A program made the position numbers and the translations under genes. A DNA stretch of 64,000 nt from Diplonema japonicum (taxonomy: Eukaryota > Protista > Euglenozoa: Diplonemea): assembly GCA_964019335.1 (NCBI GenBank), contig OZ025684.1:434001-498000 (forward strand), in the 5' to 3' direction. Shown here one piece after another: positions 10,060 to 20,711 of the stretch (positions within the stretch are counted from its first letter, which is position 1; each line of letters starts with the position of its first letter). The notes under the pieces were generated by a model. It ran no database searches. It saw only the letters and a program-made list of their open reading frames with translations, and was not told the DNA's origin.

Positions 10060-12591
10060 CTAGGGTACCAGTGGGTGCACGCTTTGCTCCAAAGTGCTGT
10101 TCTCCACAATATTCAAGTTATTGCCAAGAGGATGGGAAAGTGTGCTTTCAGTTCGCAGCCAGTCTTCTGGAGTTGTAGGGCTAGTAGGGCATCTCCTGTC
10201 TGTGCGACAGCACAGCGGTACAGGAAGAGAGAGGAGCCCTTGCATGGCCTCGACGATGCCGGCAATGGAGGGGTCGGTGGAGGCAAGGCGTTGCAGCTCT
10301 GCGGTGTCCCCAGCAGCGTAGGCGTCGTGGTAGGAAGCGGACCAGGTCTCGGGGACTGCCCCGTCGAAGATCCCCCACACCCCTTGCAGGAGGGCGAAGG
10401 TCTCCAGGTTCAGTTGGTATATCCTCACCTTCGTTGTCCCCTCCCCCCAGAAGGCCACCTCCCGAAGGTGGGGGAGGAGCACCGGTTCCCGAACAGCCTC
10501 TTCGGTGTCCCCAGCCATCAAGCAGAACACCCCGAGGAGGCTCGCCCCGTCCGCCAGCGTCTTGCTCACGTCGATTGCCCGCCCGATCACAGCCACGAAA
10601 CGCTGCTTCGCCGTCCCCACCATCCCGTGCAAAATTGCCCCGCGGTGCACCCCGACAGTCACCATCCCGTCCCACTGCGTCCCCTCCAGTGCCCCCTTCA
10701 CGTGCGCCACATACTTCCCACTCTGGTACGCGTGCTGGGTGCACCCTTTGCTCAGGTTCCACCCTCCGATCACGTAGTCCCCGCAGAAGGTCACCACAAG
10801 CCCATCGTGCCGGTTCATCGCATCCAACACAGTTGTCACTACCGACGCCACCGCGTCCGCAGCCGCAGGGAACTCCTTCAAACGGGAGAAGCTCACCCGC
10901 GTCGTCACAATCGTCCCAGAGGCCGAGGACAGCTTGTTCCGTGTCATGCTCTTCATGAAGGTGGTGGTCGTCGGGGTCGCCAGCTGCTTTGACATCGTAG
11001 CCGATGACGCAGATCCCGAACGCAGGAGCTTCTTCCGTCCCCTCACCGTTTTCTCGATCTCCTGCTCCCTCTCCCGCAGCTTCATCGGAAGGAGGAGCTG
11101 CACTTGAACCCGCCCCATCCCCTTCATCTCCTGCTCTCCGATGTCCATCACAAAAGGGGACCCGACAGCCACCATGTCCCCCAGCTGCTCCAACACTTCA
11201 TCAGTCACACCGACACCACCCCCGACAGCTGCCGCCTCCACCCGAGCTGCCTTGTTCACCGTCGGTCCCATGTAGTCCGCCCGCGAGGTCACAGGGTTGA
11301 TCTCCAGCCGTGCGTGGCCAGTGTGGACCCCGATCCGGACACGAAGCCCCCGCCAACACCCGCCGCCCCCTACCCTGCAGAGCGGGTGTTCCAAAAGAGA
11401 AACAGGCCAATTCTGGACCACGAGCTTCTGCTGCACCTCCAAGGCGAACCGCACCCCCTCCACCGCAGTGTCAAAGGCCACCATGAAGGCATCCCCGATC
11501 GTCTTCACCTCGTACCCGTTGTGCTTGTAGATCAGCTCCCGCATCACAGCGTTGTGCAGATCCATCGCAACCCGCATCGCAGTCGTGTGCCTCTCCCAAA
11601 TATCTGTCGATGACTGGATGTCTGTGAAGACGATCGTCACAGAAGCGTCCATCGTGTCGCCCGTGCTGATCCCGGGGGGGTTCCCTCGTGTGGGGAACGC
11701 TGAGGTTTCCTCATCCTCCACGAAGAGGGCGTCGGGGAGGTAGGGACGGTACAGGCGGAGGTTCCCGATCAGAGAGATGAATGCACTGCTTAGTGACGAG
11801 TCGTTGGCCCTTCCCAAGTGGTAGGCTGCCGTGTCCAGGTCGAACTTCACAAGAGCGTCAGCAACAAGATTTGCCATCTCCACGTCATTCAGGCTCTTCT
11901 GCTGCTCCTTCCGCATCCCCATTGCGAACCTCCGCGTCATGACGAAGTCGGCAACGAAGACGAACACACGCAGCGAGAGCACGAAGACCAGCCAGTAGCC
12001 TCCTCTTGCCTCGTCGGGCCTGTCCCAAACGCCACGTTCAGGGATGAGGTCATAGATGCCAAAGAGGAAGGCTTCCTCCAGTGTTTTGACGATGAGGTAG
12101 ATGGTGACAGTGGCACAGGTCCAGAGAGCCATGCGCACCCTGCACCCAGTGAGGAGCAGCATGTCCATCATGAGGACGGCACCTGTCCAGGAGTCCAGGA
12201 GGCCGAAGGTCAGCAGGTCATCTGCAATAAACAACGTGAAACCGAATAGAAAGATAGTAACCTCTGCAAGCCACACAGGGATGCGTTTCTCTTTCAAGAC
12301 ATACCCGATGAAAGAGTAGAGGATCAAGGCACGGACACCAGAGTTGAACAGCCCCACATGCCAGCTTTCTGTGACACTGCTATAAACAGCGAGGAGGGTG
12401 TAAATCACTACCAGGACGATCGCAAGGGGAAAGAGGAGGGACTTCCTGACCCGTTCATCCACGTCATCAGAGTCTTGTTGCACGAGGGACATCAGCCGCG
12501 TGAAGCACCCGCTTTCAGGAAGTGTTGGTATATCTCTCCCGTTGTCGTCAAAAGGATAATCGAAGCCTGTGTCTATCGATGGGCCCTCCAT
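10060..12591 (-). CDS. Multi-pass membrane class III adenylate cyclase, paralog 1
   Basis: About 6 N-terminal TM segments; FTDIQSST, YEVKTIGDAFM, RVRIGVHTG, DYMGPTVNKAARVE; a second, degenerate cyclase-like domain. First ATG (MEGPS) at 12591. Confidence 0.92.
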   Translation of the reverse strand: MEGPSIDTGFDYPFDDNGRDIPTLPESGCFTRLMSLVQQDSDDVDERVRKSLLFPLAIVLVVIYTLLAVYSSVTESWHVGLFNSGVRALILYSFIGYVLKEKRIPVWLAEVTIFLFGFTLFIADDLLTFGLLDSWTGAVLMMDMLLLTGCRVRMALWTCATVTIYLIVKTLEEAFLFGIYDLIPERGVWDRPDEARGGYWLVFVLSLRVFVFVADFVMTRRFAMGMRKEQQKSLNDVEMANLVADALVKFDLDTAAYHLGRANDSSLSSAFISLIGNLRLYRPYLPDALFVEDEETSAFPTRGNPPGISTGDTMDASVTIVFTDIQSSTDIWERHTTAMRVAMDLHNAVMRELIYKHNGYEVKTIGDAFMVAFDTAVEGVRFALEVQQKLVVQNWPVSLLEHPLCRVGGGGCWRGLRVRIGVHTGHARLEINPVTSRADYMGPTVNKAARVEAAAVGGGVGVTDEVLEQLGDMVAVGSPFVMDIGEQEMKGMGRVQVQLLLPMKLREREQEIEKTVRGRKKLLRSGSASSATMSKQLATPTTTTFMKSMTRNKLSSASGTIVTTRVSFSRLKEFPAAADAVASVVTTVLDAMNRHDGLVVTFCGDYVIGGWNLSKGCTQHAYQSGKYVAHVKGALEGTQWDGMVTVGVHRGAILHGMVGTAKQRFVAVIGRAIDVSKTLADGASLLGVFCLMAGDTEEAVREPVLLPHLREVAFWGEGTTKVRIYQLNLETFALLQGVWGIFDGAVPETWSASYHDAYAAGDTAELQRLASTDPSIAGIVEAMQGLLSLPVPLCCRTDRRCPTSPTTPEDWLRTESTLSHPLGNNLNIVENSTLEQSVHPLVP

Positions 12592-13604
12592 CGGGCCAAC
12601 CCTCCTGTAATAGTTAAATATAAAGGTGAAAGAGTTGGGAATCAAATAAAGGGGGGGGGGAGGAGTATCGGATACGATTTCTTTCGTTATTTTTTCTTTT
12701 TTTTTTTCTATTCACCCCTTTCGTGTTAAAGCTTAAAGCTCCTTCCCCCCCCGAGTGCTTTAGTGCACTTGTGGTGAAAGTAGCTGTTTTTTGGGGGGGT
12801 GATTGAAAAGAAGAAAAAAAAAAAGAGAAAAGAAAACGATTCGCGTGATTCTCGACTTTGCTGAGAGTATCACCACTGGCTACTGCAACTATGGGTTTTC
12901 ATTTAAAGTGAAAGCACCACACCAAAAAAAAAAAAACATTTAAAAAAAAAAGATTTTGAGTGCGGTGCGAGGTGGTTCTCAGTTTTTCAGTTTCTATTTT
13001 TATCACGCTTTTTTTTTTTTAATTCAAGTGTTGTAAGTAAATACTTTTGAAAAAAAAAAAAGGAAAAAAAAAAAAAAAAGGTATGGACCGCATGAGGACA
13101 TACATACTATACTATCTAATTTTTTTCTTTGTCTCTCTTCAACACAGCAAAGTGGTTCCGTGTGCTCATGAATCAGGCTTCAAAGTGGGTGGCTGGTAGT
13201 CGCCCTGGCACAGACTGAAATGACTCGCATAAGAGGTGTCGTTACGCACCTAGACCCGGCCAAAGGTCTTGCTGCTATTTAGAGGGGGGGGGGGGGGGGG
13301 GAATAAGAAGAAAAAGAGGAACTAGCCGTTATTTGTACGTGCCAGGTAAAACCTGGAGAAGTTCACAAACTCGAAAACGCGGCTCAGAACCTCAATAATT
13401 TTTTAAAAAAAAGAAAATAGAAATAGAAAAGAGAGAGCAATTTCTTTTTTTTAAGGTATCAGGTGTACAAGGGTTCGAGGGATGGGTGACAAAAAACTGG
13501 AGAAAAAAAAAAAAAAAAAGAAAAAAAGAAAGAAAGAAAGCTACTAGACATTGGCTTTCTTTTTTATTAAAAGAATGGTATTCCTCATTTTTTGGCTTTT
13601 CCTC

Positions 13605-13638
<34 letters not shown>

Positions 13639-13830
13639 CCCCATTCGAAAAAAGTATTCCTTTTCCGTTTATTCTATGCCAGGGTTGAGAATAATAATAA
13701 TATATAAAAAATAAAAGAAATTAATCGCATTCTACTGGCATCGCAGGCTCTGAAAAATGGAACAGGACTTCGCCGACGCCCCCTTTCGACGAAGGCTCCA
13801 CTTTCGCTGTCTCCACCAAATAAGAAAAAA

Positions 13831-13910
13831 GAGTAGACATTTATGGGTACCTGCGGTATGTGGCAGGACGCCTGATAAAATTCCTATTGGCGCTCTTGCA
13901 GCGACAACAA
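13831..13910 (-). mobile_element. Short element family with cctgc/gcagg 3' hairpin (other copies 32084-32125, 32842-32870)
   Basis: Shared agacatt.a.gggtacctgcggtatgtg, always right after a plus-strand A-run and variably truncated at the other end. Confidence 0.7.
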
Positions 13911-14245
13911 ATAAAAAAATAATATTTAAAAAAAAGCGCGGAGGCGGGGGGAGGGTAAAAAAGCATTATTCCCCTTCCGTCACGCTATATACCATACGTA
14001 GGTCTTCGCCGCGCAAGCATGCGTTTTTCCTGTTTCCATCTTCCCTCTAGTTGCTTTGCACATTCTTGGGTGTTATTCATCCCAAGTTCCTTCTTTGCAC
14101 TGCTAGGCATGCACAGGCGAATCAAGTAGTGTATGGGAGATGCATGAGCAGAAGGGGGGGGGGGGGGGGGGAAGAAGAAAAAAAGGAGATTACCTTGAAT
14201 CTCGCCCGTGAGATTACTCGACGAGTTGAGGGGCTCTGGTGTGCT

Positions 14246-14290
<45 letters not shown>

Positions 14291-14449
14291 CGCGGGTTTG
14301 GGATAATAATCCCAAAAAGAAACTCCAATGTGCCCAGTACAATGTGCCCATTCATGAGGCGGGGGAGGTTTAAACTTTTTACGTGCAACCGCCAGAAATA
14401 GAAATAAAAGCTAGCGTTGGTTGCATGATGGTTTAAAAAAAAAAAAAAA

Positions 14450-14772
14450 TGGGGCTTTAATTGCACTAGGTGGCGTTAAGCGTGCAATGAAGCACGAACT
14501 ACCTACTTGATTACAGGGGGCGCTCCTCGGCCGAGCAGTAGCTTCTTCTGCGTTCCGCGTCGTGTCCTTAATGCGTGCGGTGTGCTCAACCCTAGCCGGG
14601 GCGTCCCGGGTAACCAAGATTCTGCGCTCGTGCAGTTTGCTGCCTGTTCGTCACCCTGAGCATCTGCGTTACGTTCTTCCACTCGGGCGCTACCGGTGAT
14701 GACCGACGAGGAGGTCAACAGCGAACAACACATCTGATGTACTTCTTATATTTCCATGTTATCCCCACCACC
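14450..14772 (-). mobile_element. Ribozyme-headed non-coding retroposon (SINE-like), copy 1
   Basis: Near-identical to 43370-43695. Similarity starts exactly at GGTGGTG and ends at gcccca followed by poly(T). Confidence 0.88.
14639..14772 (-). ncRNA. HDV-like self-cleaving ribozyme
   Basis: P1 GGUGGUG/CAUCACC; J1/2 hairpin GGAUAACAU/GUGUUGUUC; P2 GCUGUUG/CAG(G)CAGC; P3 ACC/GGU; L3 UCCUCGUC; P1.1 CC/GG; P4 CGCCCGAGU/GCUC(A)GGGUG; J4/2 ACGAA. Confidence 0.85.
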
Positions 14773-14810
14773 CAATAAAGTACAGAAACTGTAGCTTTAG
14801 AATCGTTGGT
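14773..14810 (-). ncRNA. Orphan, probably retro-copied, spliced-leader exon (diplonemid type)
   Basis: ACCAACGATTCTAAAGCTACAGTTTCTGTACTTTATTG (38 nt). It has the CAGTTTCTGTACTTTATTG end conserved in kinetoplastid/diplonemid leaders and is not followed by the SL intron. Confidence 0.9.
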
Positions 14811-15663
14811 AAAAAAAGAAGAAAAAAAAATCAACGTGAATAAAAAGAAAAAAGAAAAGCAGAAAAAAAAAAGAACGAAAACCCCGTGCGTACAAAGACT
14901 TTCCTTTCGCAAGAAACCTGACGCAATTCTTTTTTCCCTCGGGCGGGAGGGCGTAAAAACTTTTTTTTAAGCACTTGTTGTAAATTTGCTTCGTCACCAA
15001 ACATGAAAATATTCACGAGAACAGAATACCAACACTTTTTACAGATTCGTGCTGCTGGGCTGAATTACAGGACAGAAGCGGTGCCAGGAACACCGTCCTC
15101 CTGCCATCGCAGGTCCTGGGCACCTTTCTTTTTTTTTTTTTTACGACAAAATTAAGAGATTCAAAAAGAAAAACGTTTTTAACAGAAGAGAATAATAAAA
15201 AAAAAATAAAAAAAATAAAAAAAAAGGTAGGGAGAAAACAACACACTGCGCAGTCATCTATAGTCTGCCTTGTTTCATGGCGCTGATCAGAACACCAAAG
15301 CCCGAACTTCCATGCCAACCATTGTAACTCTAATTCTTCTTGTTCCCATTTAAATCAACACACGCTGCCCAAAGGAATTCTTAACATCTAGGGTAAACAC
15401 CTTGTCAAGGGCAAGTACGGCAAAAAGGCAGACACCCTGCGCAGTTGTTTTGAAGTAAAGAAAACTGCGAAACGAAGAAGGGATTAAACCCATACACATC
15501 ATAGATAACATAGAGAATATAGAAAGGTTGAAGAAAGAGGGAAAGAGGGAAAGGGAGATAAAAATGCTACACGCGTAGCATAATAACAGATAAAAGAATT
15601 AATTGAAATGGGCAGAACCTGACCAAATTCACTCTGAACAGCTTGTGTGTATCCAGCTAATAA

Positions 15664-18207
15664 CTATGGTCCGCTGCTCATCCGCCGCAAGTTGGCCTCC
15701 CTCACGAAGGACGGAGAGAGAGGGGACACCGGATCGTTCCGTACTTTTGGAGACTGCAGAAGGTAGTCACCCTTCCTCAGCCAGCCCAGGGGTGTGGGGG
15801 GTGCCTTGTCGTCCCTTCGGAAGCACAGCGGTACAGGAAGAGAGAGGAGCCCTTGCATGGCCTCGACGGTGCCGGCAATGGAGGGGTCGGTGGAGGCAAG
15901 GCGTTGCAGCTCTGCGGTGTCCCCAGCAGCGTAGGCGTCGTGGTAGGAAGCGGACCAGGTCTCGGGGACTGCCCCGTCGAAGATCCCCCACACCCCTTGC
16001 AGGAGGGCGAAGGTCTCCAGGTTCAGTTGGTATATCCTCACCTTCGTTGTCCCCTCCCCCCAGAAGGCCACCTCCCGAAGGTGGGGGAGGAGCACCGGTT
16101 CCCGAACAGCCTCTTCGGTGTCCCCAGCCATCAAGCAGAACACCCCGAGGAGGCTCGCCCCGTCCGCCAGCGTCTTGCTCACGTCGATTGCCCGCCCGAT
16201 CACAGCCACGAAACGCTGCTTCGCCGTCCCCACCATCCCGTGCAAAATTGCCCCGCGGTGCACCCCGACAGTCACCATCCCGTCCCACTGCGTCCCCTCC
16301 AGTGCCCCCTTCACGTGCGCCACATACTTCCCACTCTGGTACGCGTGCTGGGTGCACCCTTTGCTCAGGTTCCACCCTCCGATCACGTAGTCCCCGCAGA
16401 AGGTCACCACAAGCCCATCGTGCCGGTTCATCGCATCCAACACAGTTGTCACTACCGACGCCACCGCGTCCGCAGCCGCAGGGAACTCCTTCAAACGGGA
16501 GAAGCTCACCCGCGTCGTCACAATCGTCCCAGAGGCCGAGGACAGCTTGTTCCGTGTCATGCTCTTCATGAAGGTGGTGGTCGTCGGGGTCGCCAGCTGC
16601 TTTGACATCGTAGCCGATGACGCAGATCCCGAACGCAGGAGCTTCTTCCGTCCCCTCACCGTTTTCTCGATCTCCTGCTCCCTCTCCCGCAGCTTCATCG
16701 GAAGGAGGAGCTGCACTTGAACCCGCCCCATCCCCTTCATCTCCTGCTCTCCGATGTCCATCACAAAAGGGGACCCGACAGCCACCATGTCCCCCAGCTG
16801 CTCCAACACTTCATCAGTCACACCGACACCACCCCCGACAGCTGCCGCCTCCACCCGAGCTGCCTTGTTCACCGTCGGTCCCATGTAGTCCGCCCGCGAG
16901 GTCACAGGGTTGATCTCCAGCCGTGCGTGGCCAGTGTGGACCCCGATCCGGACACGAAGCCCCCGCCAACACCCGCCGCCCCCTACCCTGCAGAGCGGGT
17001 GTTCCAAAAGAGAAACAGGCCAATTCTGGACCACGAGCTTCTGCTGCACCTCCAAGGCGAACCGCACCCCCTCCACCGCAGTGTCAAAGGCCACCATGAA
17101 GGCATCCCCGATCGTCTTCACCTCGTACCCGTTGTGCTTGTAGATCAGCTCCCGCATCACAGCGTTGTGCAGATCCATCGCAACCCGCATCGCAGTCGTG
17201 TGCCTCTCCCAAATATCTGTCGATGACTGGATGTCTGTGAAGACGATCGTCACAGAAGCGTCCATCGTGTCGCCCGTGCTGATCCCGGGGGGGTTCCCTC
17301 GTGTGGGGAACGCTGAGGTTGCCTCATCCTCCACGAAGAGGGCGTCGGGGAGGTAGGGACGGTACAGGCGGAGGTTCCCGATCAGAGATTCAAACGCGCT
17401 CCTCAGAGAAGAGCTGCTTGCCCTTCCCAAGTGGTAGGCTGCCGTGTCCAGGTCGAACTTCACAAGAGCGTCAGCAACAAGATTTGCCATCTCCACGTCA
17501 TCCAGGCTCTTCTGCTGCTCCTTCCGCATCCCCATTGCGAACCTCTTCGTCAGCACGTAGTCGGTGACAAAGATCAAAACCCGCATCAACATCACAGTGT
17601 ACATCCACCTGGTGCCCTTCGCCGCTTCAGGGGAATGCTCCCGTTCAGGGATGAGGTCGTAGATACCCAACCTGTACGCCTCCTCGATAGTCTTAACGAC
17701 TAGGTACACCGCAACAAAGCCACAGGCGAAGGTTGCTATGTTGTTCCTGCACCCAGTGAGGAGCAGCATGTCCATCATGATGACGGCACCTGTCCAGGAG
17801 TCGAAAGCACCGAAGTAGAGCAAGTCGTCGGCGATGAACAGTGTGAAGCCGATAGCGATGATGGTCACTTCTGCGACCCATACAGGAGCCCGGCGGGTCT
17901 TTAGAATGTTAGCAAGGAAGCAAAAGAGGATCAGCACACGGACTCCGGAGTTGAACAGGCCGTCGAAAACAGACACGATCATGGTGTTGGCGATGAAAAG
18001 GATGGTGTAAATAACGGCCAGGAAGATGCCCAACGGGAAGAGGAGCGACTTCCTGACACGCTCGTCAGTATCATCGTCGTCCCTGTACACGAGGGACATC
18101 AGCCGTGCGAAGCACCCGTTGTCATTGCTGTCCGGTAGTGTTGGTATGTCCTCCACAGGGTCTTCGAAAGGATCCTCAAAGTACAGGCTCGTGGCCCTGG
18201 AGGACAT
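15664..18207 (-). CDS. Multi-pass membrane class III adenylate cyclase, paralog 2 (847 aa)
   Basis: Same catalytic motifs; cytosolic part essentially identical to paralogs 1 and 3. Confidence 0.93.
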   Translation of the reverse strand: MSSRATSLYFEDPFEDPVEDIPTLPDSNDNGCFARLMSLVYRDDDDTDERVRKSLLFPLGIFLAVIYTILFIANTMIVSVFDGLFNSGVRVLILFCFLANILKTRRAPVWVAEVTIIAIGFTLFIADDLLYFGAFDSWTGAVIMMDMLLLTGCRNNIATFACGFVAVYLVVKTIEEAYRLGIYDLIPEREHSPEAAKGTRWMYTVMLMRVLIFVTDYVLTKRFAMGMRKEQQKSLDDVEMANLVADALVKFDLDTAAYHLGRASSSSLRSAFESLIGNLRLYRPYLPDALFVEDEATSAFPTRGNPPGISTGDTMDASVTIVFTDIQSSTDIWERHTTAMRVAMDLHNAVMRELIYKHNGYEVKTIGDAFMVAFDTAVEGVRFALEVQQKLVVQNWPVSLLEHPLCRVGGGGCWRGLRVRIGVHTGHARLEINPVTSRADYMGPTVNKAARVEAAAVGGGVGVTDEVLEQLGDMVAVGSPFVMDIGEQEMKGMGRVQVQLLLPMKLREREQEIEKTVRGRKKLLRSGSASSATMSKQLATPTTTTFMKSMTRNKLSSASGTIVTTRVSFSRLKEFPAAADAVASVVTTVLDAMNRHDGLVVTFCGDYVIGGWNLSKGCTQHAYQSGKYVAHVKGALEGTQWDGMVTVGVHRGAILHGMVGTAKQRFVAVIGRAIDVSKTLADGASLLGVFCLMAGDTEEAVREPVLLPHLREVAFWGEGTTKVRIYQLNLETFALLQGVWGIFDGAVPETWSASYHDAYAAGDTAELQRLASTDPSIAGTVEAMQGLLSLPVPLCFRRDDKAPPTPLGWLRKGDYLLQSPKVRNDPVSPLSPSFVREANLRRMSSGP

Positions 18208-19080
18208 GGCTTTTTGTGTATTTTCTTTTTCTTTTTTTGTTTTTTGTTAAGAAAACCCCCCCCCCCCCCCCCCCGCGACCTCCCTCCCTCCCCCTTCGAG
18301 AGTGAATAAAAATTACATCTGCGTATAAAAGGGAAAAAAAAAAAAAGAAAAGAGGAAAAACTTGATGTTTCAGGTGCACAAGGGTACTGTTGATCAAACA
18401 ACAGGGAGTCTGTCAGATATCTTTTGTCAACGGTCGTCCCAGATTGAAGAAAAAAGAAAAAAAAGAAAGAGGTGAAAAAAAAAAAAAAGGAGCTGTAAAA
18501 TAAATAATACACAGAAGAGAATGGTTAGAAAGAATAGATAGCTTTTTGCACCCCCCCCCCCCCGTTTGTGCAGGGCGCCGCCAACACCGGCCTCCTTATC
18601 TCTCATATTTCTTTTTTGTTTTTTGGAGGTGTTTGAAAAAGTGGCAAAGATATCCGAACACGGTATTTTTTTTACACTTTGTTTCATTTCCTTCATTAGG
18701 GCCAGGGTGCCTCGGTATTGCTACGCTGCCCTGTTGAGGGAAATAAGAGGTTCCTAAACCCCTTCAAAAAAAAAAAATTTTTTTTTTTGAATAGCTGGAA
18801 GAAAAAATTAAAATTAAATCCTGCTCCCTTTCTTGAAAACAAAAAGAGAGGCAGGTAGGGGGCAAAAAAAAAAGAGGTGAGGTGTTCTTTTATAATCAAG
18901 CAAAAGGTGAAAAGAATTGAAGAAAGGGGGTGCCCCACTTGTTGTTCATAATTATTAAATTTATTTAACAATTATGAACAAGTGGAGCACCCCTTTTCTT
19001 AACGAGATTCACATTACATGAATCACTGTTCTGTGAAGGTGTGAAAAGAAAAAAAAAAAGAAGAAAAAAAAAAAGAGAAA

Positions 19081-19180
19081 GAGGAACTGGCCGTTGTTTG
19101 TGCGTGCCCGGAGAAGTTTGTGAACCCGAAACACGTTAACGTTCCCCTTCTGTTTAGACAAGTCAAAGACTCGTTCTTGC

Positions 19181-19211
<31 letters not shown>

Positions 19212-19400
19212 AGAGAGAGAAAACTCGATAAAACTTCAGTGTGCAAGGGGTGCTCACTGTTTTGGAAGAAACAAATATATAAAAAAAAAAAAAAAAAAAG
19301 AAATGAGTTAAGGGGAAATTAGCAGCCATCGGTGGTCTTGCCAGCTGTTTTTCCTCTTCTTGTGCCTCGACACTCACCGTCTTCTGAGTTTCCTCCCCTA
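19081..19400 (-). mobile_element. Stack of three different short elements separated by A/T-runs
   Basis: 19081-19180 is family A. 19219-19270 matches 44281-44345. 19303-19400 shares ggtggtcttgcc and the atgagttaa end with 9410-9510. Confidence 0.7.
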
Positions 19401-19525
19401 GCTGAAAAAAAAGGCCAATGAATTCGGTATTGAATCTAAATTATTTTCAAGTAAAAAAACACTGTTTTTCTTCTTGACAAATACCGTATCTTAGCGATGG
19501 GTAACCATTTAAAAAAAAAAAAAAA

Positions 19526-20711
19526 CTCAAAGTGCAGGACAAACCCCCTCATGGAGGGCCGCCCTTGGGTGGGTTAGGGGGGGTTATCTTTTTATACTCC
19601 CCTTCTGGAGCATTGCTTTCGTTCCAATCGAGGCCTTGAGCGTCTTGCGGAGTCGTGTGATGCGGTCTCGCTTGTAAGCGGCTTTCAGTTCCATCAGCTT
19701 GTCGTGAGTGGTGTGGGTGGCGAAGATGGGCCTCCTGGCGAAACCCATAGCCGTCTTCCCACCTATTGCGATGAGGGACTTCACTCTCTTCTGTTCATCT
19801 GCTGGGAAGGGGCGTGGCTTCTTCCGTGCCCTGCATGCCGCGTTCAGCTTTCTTATCAGTGCTTTGATCTTGCGAGCCCTATCTTCCAGCAGACCCCCCA
19901 GTAACTTGCCTGTCGTCCATTCGAAGTCGATGGCCAATTCCACCGCTGACACTTCAGAGCTGGTGTCCTCCTTCACCCATCGTAGCTGTGACAACCACTG
20001 CAGCAGCGGGTTCAAGAATTCTGCGACGATTCCTCCCACTCCTTCGAGCTCCCCCGCCGTTGGCACGAGGCATCTCCTTCCCTCCACATTGCGTACCCAC
20101 GGCAGCGGCTGTGTGCTGGCGTTGTCTATTTGCATGAGCTCCACATCCCGTTTCCCGACCACCACAGCCATGTATCGCTGCAGCTTCTCCAGGTGTGCGA
20201 AGACATGCCCCCTCGGCAGTATCGCGTGCAGCTCCAGACATAGGGGCCATCCTGATCTGTTGCGCAACGGCTCCATTCCGTCTAGTGCCAGTTCCTCTTG
20301 TGCACAGGCGCACTCATACAGCTGATGGCGGAGTAAGGTCACCGTGTCCGGGTGTGGAGACTTGCACAGGTCGCATCTGAATCCTTGCGTGTGCGATACC
20401 TCCGTCGTTGGTGCCTGGCCCATGTTCTCCTCGTCACCGTTGTCGTCACCTTCAGGCGCCAGTGGGACGCTCTTTCGCTTCGCATTTGCGTGCGGGTTTA
20501 GGTAGGGAACCCCTCCTGCGATCACTCGTCTCAGGCTGTAGGACATGAGCGGGTCCTTGGCCGTCCTCCATAATCGGTTCGTCTTGGGGTCCGCCCCCGG
20601 CTCTATCCCGCTTATCGTGCTCCTCTCGACCGCCAGCGTCCTACTTCGGGCCTTCCTCACCACCTCTCTAAAGATGTGTCCGCGTTCGGCCCAAGATGTG
20701 TTGCAACCCAA
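19526..20711 (-). mobile_element. 5'-truncated non-LTR retrotransposon (post-RT region, CCHC zinc knuckle, 3' UTR)
   Basis: Open frame 19584-20711 begins directly at a T-run with no ATG there. Motifs CDLC-x12-H-x4-C, LRRVIAGG, SAVELAIDFEWTTG. The 58-nt 3' UTR with stem-loop recurs at 1874-1914. T-runs on both sides. Confidence 0.7.

Noticed and set aside
14515-14540. Second HDV-like core on the plus strand (gcgctcctcggccgag)
   Set aside because: The L3-like word is present but no P3, P1 or J4/2 partners could be placed.
14696-14737. C/D box snoRNA-like GTGATGA...CTGA on the plus strand
   Set aside because: Only about 40 nt long and fully explained as the antisense of ribozyme P1/P3 and J1/2.
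14773-14810. Functional SL RNA gene
   Set aside because: The exon is followed by GGTGG of the repeat, not a GT-initiated SL intron. It is a single copy preceded by a T-run.
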